DNA of 64,000 nucleotides, taken from positions 352,001-416,000 of the forward strand of contig OY762964.1 in NCBI GenBank assembly GCA_963667035.1, in the 5' to 3' direction. The notes under the pieces were generated by a model, which was given only the letters and a program-made list of their open reading frames with translations, did not search any database and was not told the origin of the DNA. Shown here piece by piece: positions 1 through 10,089 of this stretch. Source of the DNA: Candidatus Cloacimonadales bacterium (lineage in GTDB: Bacteria; Cloacimonadota; Cloacimonadia; Cloacimonadales; JAFGVF01). Each line of letters opens with the position of its first letter. Positions within the stretch are counted from its first letter, which is position 1. The position numbers were made by a program, and so were the translations under genes.

Positions 1-17
1 TCAATTAGGAGTTGAGA

Positions 18-977
18 ATGAATACCGACTTAGAAAACAAAGAACAACAAGAAACTGAAGAAGAAGAAAAGAAAAAGAAATTTGAGTTCTTAATTGATTA
101 TATCCCTCATTTAGCAGTGGCTGCAGTAATCACGATTGTTGGCTTAATTGTATTCAATTACAACTTTGATGTTAGAGTTGCTCATAGAGTAAGAGGATTT
201 GAATACCAGTACAGTGTAAGCAAAGAACATTATGAGAAAGAGTCGTTTGAAGATAGAGCACTTAACTATGCAATAATCAAGTATTTCATGGAAAACCTTG
301 ATTACAATTTCGAGGGATTAATCTCTAATGGTAAGAAAAGATTTACGACTCAAGCTTGGAAAGACGGATTTGAGAAATGGATGATATACTTATATCCATT
401 GTACACTACAAAAGCAAAAATAACCTCTTTTGAAGAAGCTTTTTCAAGTACAACAAGCGGGAACAGGGATGGCTACCGTAACAAGCCCTATACTGCTTTC
501 CTAAAATGTAATTTTGACATACTGCCTGAAGATTATAATCCCTATAACCTTCAATGCGTATCCGGTACAACGTTCCTTGAATCGCATCAAGGTGTAGAGT
601 TTGAGTATACTTTGAATGAAAAAGCTTATGTTTCAGTCTTCTTACTATATCTGGATGATTTAAAAGTATTTAGGATTGCAAATGAAGTTAGTGATGCAGG
701 AAGAAACTTCTTCCCACAAGATAGTTCAATGAAATTTGCTGCAAATGATTTACTTAGAGATGAATCAATCATTGTAACGGTCGCAACTCCTAAACCTTTA
801 AAGATAGATACCATATTTAGCGAGCATGGAGCGGATACTATTAAAATGTATGATTTTTATAAAACTCTTCATAAGCAGAAGAAATTTAGTTTCTACATGA
901 TACCATTATCCCGTCCGATAGGTAGTTCTAAAGTAGATCCTTATCATTTATCAAAAAATTTAAGACCTCAAATCTAA
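18..977 (+). CDS. Membrane-anchored hypothetical protein, possibly DUF4384-like C-terminal domain
   Basis: Long ORF, AGGAG RBS upstream, acidic/basic N-terminus then one hydrophobic helix; C-terminal 'FEYTLNEKAYVSVFLL' resembles DUF4384. Start could be TTG 12 or ATG 18. Confidence 0.6.
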   Translation: MNTDLENKEQQETEEEEKKKKFEFLIDYIPHLAVAAVITIVGLIVFNYNFDVRVAHRVRGFEYQYSVSKEHYEKESFEDRALNYAIIKYFMENLDYNFEGLISNGKKRFTTQAWKDGFEKWMIYLYPLYTTKAKITSFEEAFSSTTSGNRDGYRNKPYTAFLKCNFDILPEDYNPYNLQCVSGTTFLESHQGVEFEYTLNEKAYVSVFLLYLDDLKVFRIANEVSDAGRNFFPQDSSMKFAANDLLRDESIIVTVATPKPLKIDTIFSEHGADTIKMYDFYKTLHKQKKFSFYMIPLSRPIGSSKVDPYHLSKNLRPQI

Positions 978-996
978 CAAATTATTGATTAAAGAA

Positions 997-1022
997 AAGG
1001 CTGACAAACAATTATCAGCCTT
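997..1022. terminator. Hairpin between convergent genes
   Basis: AAGGCTGA...TCAGCCTT inverted repeat. Confidence 0.6.
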
Positions 1023-1040
1023 ATAATTGTTCTTAAGCAA

Positions 1041-1598
1041 CTAATCCGTATTCAATAGTGAATACTGTAATACATCATAAAAAACTTTATCGTCTTCATG
1101 GAAACCTCTCTTTCTGAGAAGTCCTTCTTTAGTAAAACCAAGTTTTTCGACTAAAGCAACCGATGGTTTATTTTCAGGAGAAATAAGACATTGTATTCTA
1201 TGCAACTCCATTTCTGTGAAACAAAAAGATAGAATAGCTTTCATTGCTTCAGTCATGTACCCCTTTTTCCAGAACTTCCTGTTTAAATCATAACCCAGAT
1301 CTGCAATACTCTCTTTTACAAAATCATGCACAACCATGGTACCTATGAGAATTCCGGAACTTTTCTCTTCTATTCCCCACCTAATAGCAGACATGCTATC
1401 AAACTGATTGTTGAAATATTCAATTAACATCTCAGCCGTTTCTTCACTATCCGGACCTTTCCAATCCAAATACTCAGTTACATCTCGATTATCATAGATT
1501 TCAAAAAAGTCGTCAGCATCATCATACTCCATACGTCTAATTACTAAGCGATCTGTTTCCAATTCAGGAAAAGAGTTAAAAACTTCTCTAAAGCTCAT
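1041..1598 (-). CDS. GNAT family N-acetyltransferase (RimJ/RimL-like)
   Basis: 'LETDRLVIR', 'LGYDLNRKFWKKGYMTEA', 'ENKPSVALVEKLGFTKEG' motifs. Confidence 0.9.
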   Translation of the reverse strand: MSFREVFNSFPELETDRLVIRRMEYDDADDFFEIYDNRDVTEYLDWKGPDSEETAEMLIEYFNNQFDSMSAIRWGIEEKSSGILIGTMVVHDFVKESIADLGYDLNRKFWKKGYMTEAMKAILSFCFTEMELHRIQCLISPENKPSVALVEKLGFTKEGLLRKRGFHEDDKVFYDVLQYSLLNTD

Positions 1599-1606
1599 TG
1601 TAGCTC

Positions 1607-2866
1607 CTAATCTATAAAATTGTTGATTAAATCTGATTCTGTAAGTGAAACTTGAGTACTATCAGTAAGATTTTTAAGAATGAACTGATTTGTTTCAATT
1701 TCATTTTCTCCAATAATTAAAGCATACTTAGCATTAACTTTGTTAGCATTCTTCATTTGAGCTTTCATTGATAGTTTCAATGGGTCAAATTCAACAATTA
1801 CACCTTTTGCTCTCAGTTTTTGCATTATCTCAGCACCTTTTAAGAGTGATTGATCTCCAAGTATAACTGCATAAACATCCGGTTTATATTCATCACCCAT
1901 AAACAATCCTTCTTGCTCCAGCGAAAGAATTAAACGTTCCAAACCTGCTGCAAAACCAACTCCGGGAGAATCCTTACCACCCACTTGCTCAACTAAACCG
2001 TTATATCTCCCTCCACCACCTATGGCATTTTGAGCTCCCAATTCGTTGTTAAGAAACTCAAAGGCTGTATAAGTATAGTAATCCAATCCTCTTACAATTC
2101 TTGGATTAATACTGTATTCAATATCCATGGCTTTAAGATAACTCTGAACAGCCTCAAAATGCTCTCTACATTCTTCATCCAAATAATCTATCATCAAAGG
2201 AGCTTTCTCTGATATTGCATTACATGCAGGGACTTTACAATCCAGTAGTCTTCTGGGATTTTTTTCTAAACGAGTAATACAGTCACCGCATAGTTCGTGC
2301 TTTTGAGGTTCATAGTAATCAACAAGAGCTTTATTATACCTATCAGTTGAAGCTTTGTTACCTAATGAGTTAAGTTCTAACACAATGCCTTTCAAACCGA
2401 GTCTTTTTAAGAAAGTATATTGTATGGCAATAACTTCTGCGTCAACATATGGATGATTTGAGCCTATAGCTTCAACTCCATATTGATAAAATTGACGATA
2501 TCTTCCTTTCTGTGGTCTATCATATCTAAACATAGGTCCTATATAATAGAGTCTCTGAAGTCCACCATTTGCCTGCATATTGTTCTCAACATAGCTTCTG
2601 ACCACCGGAGCTGTTCCTTCTGGTCTTAAAGCAAATGTTCTTTGCTTATTATCCTTGAATTTGTACATCTCTTTCTGAACTATATCGGATGTATCACCAA
2701 CATTCCTCTCAAACAAATCAGCTTGTTCAAAAATTGGAGTAACAATTTCTTTATATCCAAACTCTGTAACGGTTTGTATAAATATCTTTTTTATGTAGTT
2801 CCAAGTATAGCTTTTATCCGGTAATATATCAAAAGTACCTCTTGGGATTGTGTATTTAACAGCCAT
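1607..2866 (-). CDS. hisS: Histidine--tRNA ligase
   Basis: 'PRGTFD', 'LRPEGTA', 'FRYDRPQKGRYRQF', 'VRGLDYY', 'GGGRY' class II HisRS motifs. Confidence 0.98.
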   Translation of the reverse strand: MAVKYTIPRGTFDILPDKSYTWNYIKKIFIQTVTEFGYKEIVTPIFEQADLFERNVGDTSDIVQKEMYKFKDNKQRTFALRPEGTAPVVRSYVENNMQANGGLQRLYYIGPMFRYDRPQKGRYRQFYQYGVEAIGSNHPYVDAEVIAIQYTFLKRLGLKGIVLELNSLGNKASTDRYNKALVDYYEPQKHELCGDCITRLEKNPRRLLDCKVPACNAISEKAPLMIDYLDEECREHFEAVQSYLKAMDIEYSINPRIVRGLDYYTYTAFEFLNNELGAQNAIGGGGRYNGLVEQVGGKDSPGVGFAAGLERLILSLEQEGLFMGDEYKPDVYAVILGDQSLLKGAEIMQKLRAKGVIVEFDPLKLSMKAQMKNANKVNAKYALIIGENEIETNQFILKNLTDSTQVSLTESDLINNFID

Positions 2867-2960
2867 AACATCTCCTTGCGTTGTTTCGCATAATCATATT
2901 CTCAAATGTTTTGCTAATCAATGATTAGTCAATTCTTTTTAGGTGTTACATGTAATAGAA

Positions 2961-2988
2961 AAGGGATTCTTAAACTTAAGAATCCCTT
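2961..2988 (-). terminator. Intrinsic terminator after cutC
   Basis: 12-bp perfect stem AAGGGATTCTTA/TAAGAATCCCTT. Confidence 0.7.
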
Positions 2989-3008
2989 AAAATCTATCAT
3001 GATCTTTA

Positions 3009-3641
3009 TTATAATAATTTTCCAACAAGATTCCTTCCATGATAATATGGCTGATGTAATTTTGAATGGAGACGATTTACATTCTTATCGGTAATGTTAC
3101 CTGCAGGAATAATCTCCAATTCATAGTCTGCTATGTCATGCATCTTAATAATCATATCAAGTCCTGCTTCTGCAGTTTCTGCTCCTCCTGAAGAAAGAAT
3201 GTATTTCACACTCGGGTATTTCTTAAGAACCTCAACAGATTCAAGTATGTTATATGTTTGGTCAATTGCTTTATGGAAAGTTACAGGTATATCTCCTGTA
3301 GCTTTAAGAAGTTTCTTTAGAGCGGTTTCATTAATAGAGGCATCTTTTTTTAGAACACCTAACACGAATCCGGCAATCTTCATTGATTTAAACTCTCCTA
3401 TCGATGCACACATCTGGTCAATTTCTGCTTTAGAATAAACAAAATCACCTTCTCTTGGACGAATCATCACCTTCACAGGTATGTCAATAGCGTTTATAAC
3501 CAATCTTACCATCTCGATAGGTGGAGTTAAACCATCTTTTTCAAGATGAGAACAAAGCTCTAATCTGTCTGCTTTAAGCTCCCAAGCATAAAGTGCTTCC
3601 GAAAAGGACTCTACGCACACTTCTTTCCTAAAATTAATCAT
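3009..3641 (-). CDS. cutC: Copper homeostasis protein CutC
   Basis: 'EVCVES', 'ADRLELC', 'GLTP', 'VMIRPREGDFVYS', 'TFHKAID'; start at ATG 3641 behind GGAG. Confidence 0.93.
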   Translation of the reverse strand: MINFRKEVCVESFSEALYAWELKADRLELCSHLEKDGLTPPIEMVRLVINAIDIPVKVMIRPREGDFVYSKAEIDQMCASIGEFKSMKIAGFVLGVLKKDASINETALKKLLKATGDIPVTFHKAIDQTYNILESVEVLKKYPSVKYILSSGGAETAEAGLDMIIKMHDIADYELEIIPAGNITDKNVNRLHSKLHQPYYHGRNLVGKLL

Positions 3642-3796
3642 ATATACTCCAAACATTGTTAATCGCAAGTTTGAATCATTAGAATAATCGTCAATAAAAA
3701 AGCTGTACTAAATATATAAATGTATCTGTTTTAAGACATTAGCAGATGGTTTTATATTTGTTTTGAGATTCCAAGTTGTATAAATATGTTAACTAA

Positions 3797-4438
3797 TTAA
3801 AGTCCATATACTTGTTTACGAATGAGTAATAATCTTTCTACTTCGCTATTATCCAAAAGAGGGATATCTCCCAATTGTTTTAAATTTAAATAAATCATGG
3901 CACACTGCTCAAGGGTTTCCAAGTTCTTATATGCTTGTTCAGCACTACTTCCAAATGTAGCAACACCATGTTTTTCCAACAATAAAGCTGAAGATTTACC
4001 AATCCTCTCTTTTATATCATTAGTAATGTCAATAGAGCCCGGAGTCCCATATCGAATCAAAGGAACAAAACCTAAAGTAATGATTAATTCAGCCAAAAAA
4101 GGTTTATCTAATGGAAGCCCTGCACATGCTAAAGTAGTAGCAGCTATCGGATGTGCATGACAGATGAACCTTACATCATTTCTATGCTTGTATATCTCAA
4201 GATGTAGTTTAGATTCTGAAGATGGTTGTTTGTTTGAATTTAAAGGATTACCTAACCTATCAATCATAATAACATCATCCATACTCAATCTACCCTTACA
4301 AACCCCAGACGTTGTTATCAGATATTGACTATCATTTATCTTACAACTTATGTTTCCGTCTGCAGCAATAGAATATCTATATTTGTACATCAACTGACCG
4401 ATTCTGATAATTTCTAGTTTTAAATCATTAATTGTCAT
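3797..4438 (-). CDS. Class II aldolase/adducin family protein
   Basis: 'GNIS', 'PSSE..LH', 'HAH', 'LLEKHG' metal-binding motifs. Confidence 0.9.
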   Translation of the reverse strand: MTINDLKLEIIRIGQLMYKYRYSIAADGNISCKINDSQYLITTSGVCKGRLSMDDVIMIDRLGNPLNSNKQPSSESKLHLEIYKHRNDVRFICHAHPIAATTLACAGLPLDKPFLAELIITLGFVPLIRYGTPGSIDITNDIKERIGKSSALLLEKHGVATFGSSAEQAYKNLETLEQCAMIYLNLKQLGDIPLLDNSEVERLLLIRKQVYGL

Positions 4439-4518
4439 TATACACTTCCGAAATAAAATTTGACATAATACTTCTGAACTAATTATATTTTTGTCAATAT
4501 ATACTCAAAGAGGTTGAA

Positions 4519-6072
4519 TTGATTAGACGACATTTGCTTACTGATATTTTGAAAGGTGTATTAATTGTTATTGTTGCTATATTCTTTTTATTTGCAATCT
4601 TATACAGTATCATTGCTCCTGAAGGAAGCCCATATTTACATAGCACTACTATTATAAGAAATGTTGTCTATATTCTTACAATAAGCTTTATAATCACTGT
4701 TGTAATCTTAGAAAACAGTAGTCCCATAAAAGCCTTAGCTTGGATATTAGCACTGGTATTCATACCTGTTGTAGGAATCTTTTTATACATTTATTTCGGT
4801 AGAAATTATCGTAAACGAAAGATGTACAACATTAAAGCCTTAAGTGATAATCAATTAGTTCAAAGGCTATTAAACGAGGGTATACAACGAAGTGACGAAG
4901 CTCTTTCTAAATTGAGTAATTCTTTCCAAATAAAAATAACCAAGCTTTTGTTAAACAACAGTAAAGCATTTTTAACAGTAAATAATGAAGCTGAGATTTT
5001 TAAAGACGGGATTGAAGCTTTTGGAGAAATATTCTCTCAGCTAAAAGAGGCAAAAGATCACATTCATTTAGAATACTTCTCAATTTCCAATGATTCTGTT
5101 GGAAATGAGTTAAGAGAAATTCTAATAAACAAAGCCAATGAAGGTGTTAAGATTAGATTTATCATTGATTATGTTGGCTCTATTTTTTTGAGTAAGAGAT
5201 TTGTCCGGAAAATGACACATGCCGGAATTGAAGTAACATACTTCTCTCCTTCTAAATTTCCTTTTATCAACAGCAGACTAAACTATAGAAATCATAGGAA
5301 AATCATTGTTATAGACGGAGAAACAGGATTTGTTGGTGGACTCAACATCGGAGACAGCTATATAAGCAAAAACAAGTATTTCGGATACTGGAGAGATACT
5401 CACATGAAGCTTAAAGGTGAAGCAGTAAGATCTTTACAGGCTATTTTTTCTTTGGATTGGCAATATACTACAAAAGAAAGTTTGTTTAGTGTAAGCAACT
5501 TCTTTCCGACTAAAATCATAAATCACAATCCTATACAAATAGTTTCCAGTGGACCTGATTCCGATTGGGCTAGTATTATGCAAGTCTATTTCTCTATGAT
5601 AGCAGGAGCCTCAAAATCCATTAAGATTACTAGTCCTTATTTAGTATTGGATGAGAGTCTTCTAATGAGCATTAAAACAGCAGCCCTAAGTGGCATTGAT
5701 GTTAAAATTATCATACCGGGTATTCCTGATCATCAGATAGTTTATTGGGGAACTCAATCCTATATTGAAGAATTATTGGAAGCAGGTGTGAAAATATTTA
5801 GTTACAAAAAAGGCTTCATCCATGCAAAGGTTTTAATAGCAGATCATCTATGTGCCTCAGTAGGTACAGCAAACATGGATATTAGGAGTTTCAAGCATAA
5901 TTTTGAGGTAAATGCTTTACTCTTCGGAAGCGATGCAATAGGGAAACTAATTGATCAGTTTGGTTTAGATTTGCTTGACTGTGAAGAATTTACTCTCACA
6001 GAATTTCAGAAGAGAGGGAAAGTGAAAAGGTTAAGAGAATCTGTATGTAGATTGTTCTCTCCTTTGTTATAA
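4519..6072 (+). CDS. cls: Cardiolipin synthase
   Basis: Two HKD motifs (NHRKIIVID, HAKVLIAD) and N-terminal TM/PLDc_N region. Confidence 0.95.
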   Translation: MIRRHLLTDILKGVLIVIVAIFFLFAILYSIIAPEGSPYLHSTTIIRNVVYILTISFIITVVILENSSPIKALAWILALVFIPVVGIFLYIYFGRNYRKRKMYNIKALSDNQLVQRLLNEGIQRSDEALSKLSNSFQIKITKLLLNNSKAFLTVNNEAEIFKDGIEAFGEIFSQLKEAKDHIHLEYFSISNDSVGNELREILINKANEGVKIRFIIDYVGSIFLSKRFVRKMTHAGIEVTYFSPSKFPFINSRLNYRNHRKIIVIDGETGFVGGLNIGDSYISKNKYFGYWRDTHMKLKGEAVRSLQAIFSLDWQYTTKESLFSVSNFFPTKIINHNPIQIVSSGPDSDWASIMQVYFSMIAGASKSIKITSPYLVLDESLLMSIKTAALSGIDVKIIIPGIPDHQIVYWGTQSYIEELLEAGVKIFSYKKGFIHAKVLIADHLCASVGTANMDIRSFKHNFEVNALLFGSDAIGKLIDQFGLDLLDCEEFTLTEFQKRGKVKRLRESVCRLFSPLL

Positions 6073-6075
6073 ATT

Positions 6076-7233
6076 ATGAGAAGATTGATTAGTTTTTTAG
6101 AATCGCAAGAAAACTCGAACTTGATTAAACAAATAGGGGATGAATATCCGTTAAGTATAAATAGATTAGAATACTACACTAGAACTTATCCCGAGTTTCC
6201 GATAAAAGAATATCTTACGTTGTTAAGAATTCGTAGCAAAGTCTCTAAAAGAATACATTTTTCTGACAAGCTTTTGTTTACTGAAAAGGGAGCAATGCAA
6301 TCAAGTTCATCAACCTTAGCCAAATTTCATGCAGACTTGTTTAAAGACTATGGTATAATTGCTGATTTATGCTGTGGTTGTGGAATTGACCTCATAGAAT
6401 TGAGTAAACAAAAAGAACAATGTATAGCTGTTGATTGGGATGAAGAAACTCTTGAATGTGCTAAATTCAATTGTAAATCACTTGGAATTGATAATGTTAC
6501 TTTCTCATGTACCAAAGCTGAAGATTTCGATTCAGCTGTTGAAGCAATATTTGCCGATCCGGATAGAAGACCTGTGAGCAAAAGAACATTCTCTGCAGAG
6601 CAAATCTCCCCTTCATTATCCGAACTCCTCAAGCTACAATCGATTACTCCAAACCTAGCTGTTAAACTTTCACCAATCATGGATTACAAGAACCTGGTAT
6701 TACCAGAAAGAACAACGCTACTCTTTGTTTCGGAAGATGGAACAATGAAAGAGATTCTTTTAGTATCTGGTGAGTTAGCTACAGAATCTATAAGTCGCAT
6801 AGCGATACAATTACCTTCTGATAACAGATTCCAACAAACAAACAACAAAGTATCCGTTACTGATATAAAGGATTATCTTTTTGAGCCTGATTCTGCAATC
6901 ATTAGAAGTGGTATGGTTCAAGATTTAGCATTTCAAGAACAAATGACTTTGATTGACTCTCATCTTGCCATACTAACATCCGATAAAGCTATGCATAGTA
7001 ACTGGTATAAGAGTTTTAAAGTTTTGCATATCATGTCATATAACCGAAAACAGTTTCAAAAGTATCTTACAGCAAACAACATAGGAGATATTACAATTAA
7101 GCCTAGAGGTTTTCCGGAAGAAACTGAAAAATTCAAAAAAAAGCTCAAGTTAAAGGGAAGTAATTCTACTACTTGTTTCATACTAAGAATAGGCTCAGGT
7201 CATACTGTTGCTTTTGTAGAAAGAATAAGTTAA
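6076..7233 (+). CDS. Class I SAM-dependent methyltransferase with C-terminal THUMP-like domain
   Basis: 'ADLCCGCGID' SAM motif, 'DPDRR', 'YLFEPDSAIIRSG'. Confidence 0.85.
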   Translation: MRRLISFLESQENSNLIKQIGDEYPLSINRLEYYTRTYPEFPIKEYLTLLRIRSKVSKRIHFSDKLLFTEKGAMQSSSSTLAKFHADLFKDYGIIADLCCGCGIDLIELSKQKEQCIAVDWDEETLECAKFNCKSLGIDNVTFSCTKAEDFDSAVEAIFADPDRRPVSKRTFSAEQISPSLSELLKLQSITPNLAVKLSPIMDYKNLVLPERTTLLFVSEDGTMKEILLVSGELATESISRIAIQLPSDNRFQQTNNKVSVTDIKDYLFEPDSAIIRSGMVQDLAFQEQMTLIDSHLAILTSDKAMHSNWYKSFKVLHIMSYNRKQFQKYLTANNIGDITIKPRGFPEETEKFKKKLKLKGSNSTTCFILRIGSGHTVAFVERIS

Positions 7234-7284
7234 GTATAATTATTTCTATTGACTCTTAATAGCCAAATAAATTTTAATAAAGCC

Positions 7285-7881
7285 ATGATAAATAAATCTA
7301 AAGTACGTTACAAAATAATAGCAATTATTATTTTAATTACAGGATTATCGGGATGTGATATCTTTAAACCAAGAAAATCTGAAGAACCAACCCAGCCTCA
7401 AAAATGGAATGAATTCTTCACAGCTTGGGAATTAACACTTGAGAATCTTGAATTTGCTTATGAAGATAAGCGTAATAAAGATAATTATGTCCAGATTCTA
7501 ACAGAAGACTTCGAGTTCTATATGGATGATAATGATGCTTTAGATTTAGGTTTAAACAAACAATACTCTTGGGATAGGCAATCCGAGTTAAATCTACTTG
7601 AGAATATGCATGCCTATTTATCCGATACTAATGGAAACTTTGATATAATGTTCTCTGTTGAGAACTCGTCAGCTAGTGGTGTAAATGAAATGGAAGTTGA
7701 TGTAACATACGATATATTGATAACGGCAAACGCTGACTCAACTGCTGCTTTTAATGGTAATGCTACAATTTATTTTGAAGAAGACAGCGGTTATTGGTAT
7801 CTTAAGAAATTCTATGATTCCAGGAATAGTGAGCCGACTAATCCCACTTGGGGCAAGATGAAGTATGAATATGTTCAGTAA
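7285..7881 (+). CDS. Putative lipoprotein (NTF2-like)
   Basis: Signal peptide with lipobox 'GLSGC'; the TTG at 7249 looks like a -35 box, so ATG 7285 is preferred. Confidence 0.7.
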   Translation: MINKSKVRYKIIAIIILITGLSGCDIFKPRKSEEPTQPQKWNEFFTAWELTLENLEFAYEDKRNKDNYVQILTEDFEFYMDDNDALDLGLNKQYSWDRQSELNLLENMHAYLSDTNGNFDIMFSVENSSASGVNEMEVDVTYDILITANADSTAAFNGNATIYFEEDSGYWYLKKFYDSRNSEPTNPTWGKMKYEYVQ

Positions 7882-8461
7882 ATTGATTAAGATTATGATA
7901 ATCATTACAAGCATGTTCATTTATGCATGTGAGGAGAATCCTTTTAATCCCAAGACCATAGAAATAATTGAAACATCCAATGATTACGATTTTTCAACTC
8001 CAACCATGGTTATTGAGAATCTTGTTCGATCTTACGAGCAGAAGAATCTTGATCTTTTTAAGAGTTGTTTAGCTCAGGAATTCAGATTCGAATTGATTGC
8101 ATCTGATGCGGATGATATCGGTATAGATATGGATGGTGACGGTATCAAAGATAGTTGGTGGGGATATCAACAAGAAGTTTTAACACATGAGAATCTTTTC
8201 GAAAAAGGTGCAAACGGTTATCCTCCTCCGGATCAGATAACTCTACAGATTCCTACCGGACAGATTATTTGGAGTGATGATTCTGAGTTTCAAGAGGAAG
8301 GTTACCTTTACACAGATATTAGATTTAATCTATCCCTTCAATTCAATACAGGTCAATCATTCAATGCCAGTGGACGCGTGAGATTTTATGTTCTAAATAC
8401 AGGAACAGATGTAGACCCTCGATGGAGGATTATCATCTGGAGAGATAATTCTTGGTTGTAA
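7865..8461 (+). CDS. Putative lipoprotein (NTF2-like), paralog of upstream gene
   Basis: Lipobox 'IYAC'; shares 'ENL..(A/S)YE', 'L...F.F', 'W....E' and terminal 'W......D' with the preceding ORF. Confidence 0.7.
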   Translation: MNMFSKLIKIMIIITSMFIYACEENPFNPKTIEIIETSNDYDFSTPTMVIENLVRSYEQKNLDLFKSCLAQEFRFELIASDADDIGIDMDGDGIKDSWWGYQQEVLTHENLFEKGANGYPPPDQITLQIPTGQIIWSDDSEFQEEGYLYTDIRFNLSLQFNTGQSFNASGRVRFYVLNTGTDVDPRWRIIIWRDNSWL

Positions 8462-8467
8462 ACTCTT

Positions 8468-8884
8468 ATGTATAGTAGAATATTAGCAATTGATTACGGT
8501 GAAAAAAGAATAGGCTTAGCCTTAACAGACCTTATGCAAATGTTTGCAAAACCCTTCAAGACAATACCTAATGAAGGAAATAAGAAGACAATAGTTGCTA
8601 TAATGGATATCATCAAAGAGAAAGATGTCAGCCTGGTTGTTTTAGGACTCCCTTTAGGCCTTGAAGGACAACATACGGATAAGACAAGGGAAATTCTTGC
8701 TTTTCATGAGATTCTTAAAGAATCTCTGGAAACTCCAATTACTTTATGGGATGAGCGTCTTACCACCTATGAAGCTAAACAAGAATTGATAAAAATGGGA
8801 TATAATCCCATTAAGGGAAGAGAGATTATTGATGCTGTTGCAGCATATATGATATTGAGGAATTATTTAAAGGCAAATCAATAA
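8468..8884 (+). CDS. ruvX: Holliday junction resolvase-like / pre-16S rRNA nuclease RuvX (YqgF)
   Basis: 'ILAIDYGEKRIGLA', 'WDERLTT', 'IDAVAA'. Confidence 0.95.
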   Translation: MYSRILAIDYGEKRIGLALTDLMQMFAKPFKTIPNEGNKKTIVAIMDIIKEKDVSLVVLGLPLGLEGQHTDKTREILAFHEILKESLETPITLWDERLTTYEAKQELIKMGYNPIKGREIIDAVAAYMILRNYLKANQ

Positions 8885-9880
8885 ATGGACAAACGAAACG
8901 GATTTATACTTACAACAGCCATCATCTTGGCTGTTTTTCTTATTCTGGCAATACTATTGAGTGTACCAAGAAGTATCAAAAGAACTACTTTAATTATCAA
9001 TAAAGGTGATTCGGCAGGATTGATTGCTAAGAAACTTGCTGACAAAGGATTAATACGTTCGACATTTGTTTTCAGGCTTACTGCTACCATTACAAGAAAA
9101 GATAGAGAGCTGAAACCGGGACGCTACATTTTTGAGACTGAATCTAATGCTTTCATTGCTCTTGATAAAATATCATCCGGTGACTATGAGTTAATTTCCA
9201 TCACAATACCGGAAGGATTATCATTAGATAAGACTTTAACCAAAGTATCCAATTCATTGGATATCCCTTTCGGTGAGCTAAAAGATTTAGCTACAAATCC
9301 GTTGATTTGCAATAAACTCACAGGCATAAATGTTAATACTCTTGAAGGATTCTTATATCCGGAAACTTACCATTTTGAGGAGAATACCTCAGCACTTCAA
9401 GTCTTAACGGTAATGGTCAATCTTGCCAAGAAGGAGTTCCGTAAAGTAGAAATCGGTAGCATTAACTATTTAGATTATTATCAATCTCTTATCCTTGCTT
9501 CTATAGTTGAACTGGAAGCAAAAGACTCTTCAGAAATGCCAATCATTGCAGACGTATATATTAAAAGGCTTCAGAAAGGAATAAAACTTGGAGCTAGTCC
9601 AACGGTTCAATATCTACTAGAGCAAGAAGGCAAAAGAAGAAAATTCCTCTATTACAAAGATACAGAAATAGAATCCCCTTATAATACATATTTGAATTAT
9701 GGATTACCTCCAACTCCTATTTGCAGTCCTTCTGCAAATGCTATTAGAGCAGTTATTAAACCAACTCGAACAGATTATTTGTATTTCTTTGCAGATGGAA
9801 ATGGTAAACACATATTTACCAAATCCTATCAAGAACATCTGAATATGCGTAAACAGCATAAAATGAAAGGAAACAGATAG
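8885..9880 (+). CDS. mltG: Endolytic transglycosylase MltG
   Basis: 'ITIPEG', 'LEGFLYPETY', 'LASIVELE', 'SPYNTY..GLPPTPI'. Confidence 0.95.
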   Translation: MDKRNGFILTTAIILAVFLILAILLSVPRSIKRTTLIINKGDSAGLIAKKLADKGLIRSTFVFRLTATITRKDRELKPGRYIFETESNAFIALDKISSGDYELISITIPEGLSLDKTLTKVSNSLDIPFGELKDLATNPLICNKLTGINVNTLEGFLYPETYHFEENTSALQVLTVMVNLAKKEFRKVEIGSINYLDYYQSLILASIVELEAKDSSEMPIIADVYIKRLQKGIKLGASPTVQYLLEQEGKRRKFLYYKDTEIESPYNTYLNYGLPPTPICSPSANAIRAVIKPTRTDYLYFFADGNGKHIFTKSYQEHLNMRKQHKMKGNR

Positions 9881-10089
9881 ACCTTATAGCCAGTCTGTTT
9901 ACCTGTATAATTCCCCAACTAGTAGTAAGTTATAAAAACAAATATTGACTTATTATTACGATTCCAAACTAATGACATACCTCTTCGCAAGCCAAAGTAC
10001 GCAAACTGTCGAAGAGAGTTTTTCGTGAAGATTACTACTATAATAACTCCCTTTAGCAGTTATCTTCTGACGACATTACTGGAGGAATT

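Noticed and set aside
9990..10016. ACGCAAAC resembling part of a c-di-GMP-I riboswitch
   Set aside because: The GNRA-capped P2 and tetraloop-receptor arrangement are missing; kept only as an unnamed structured leader.
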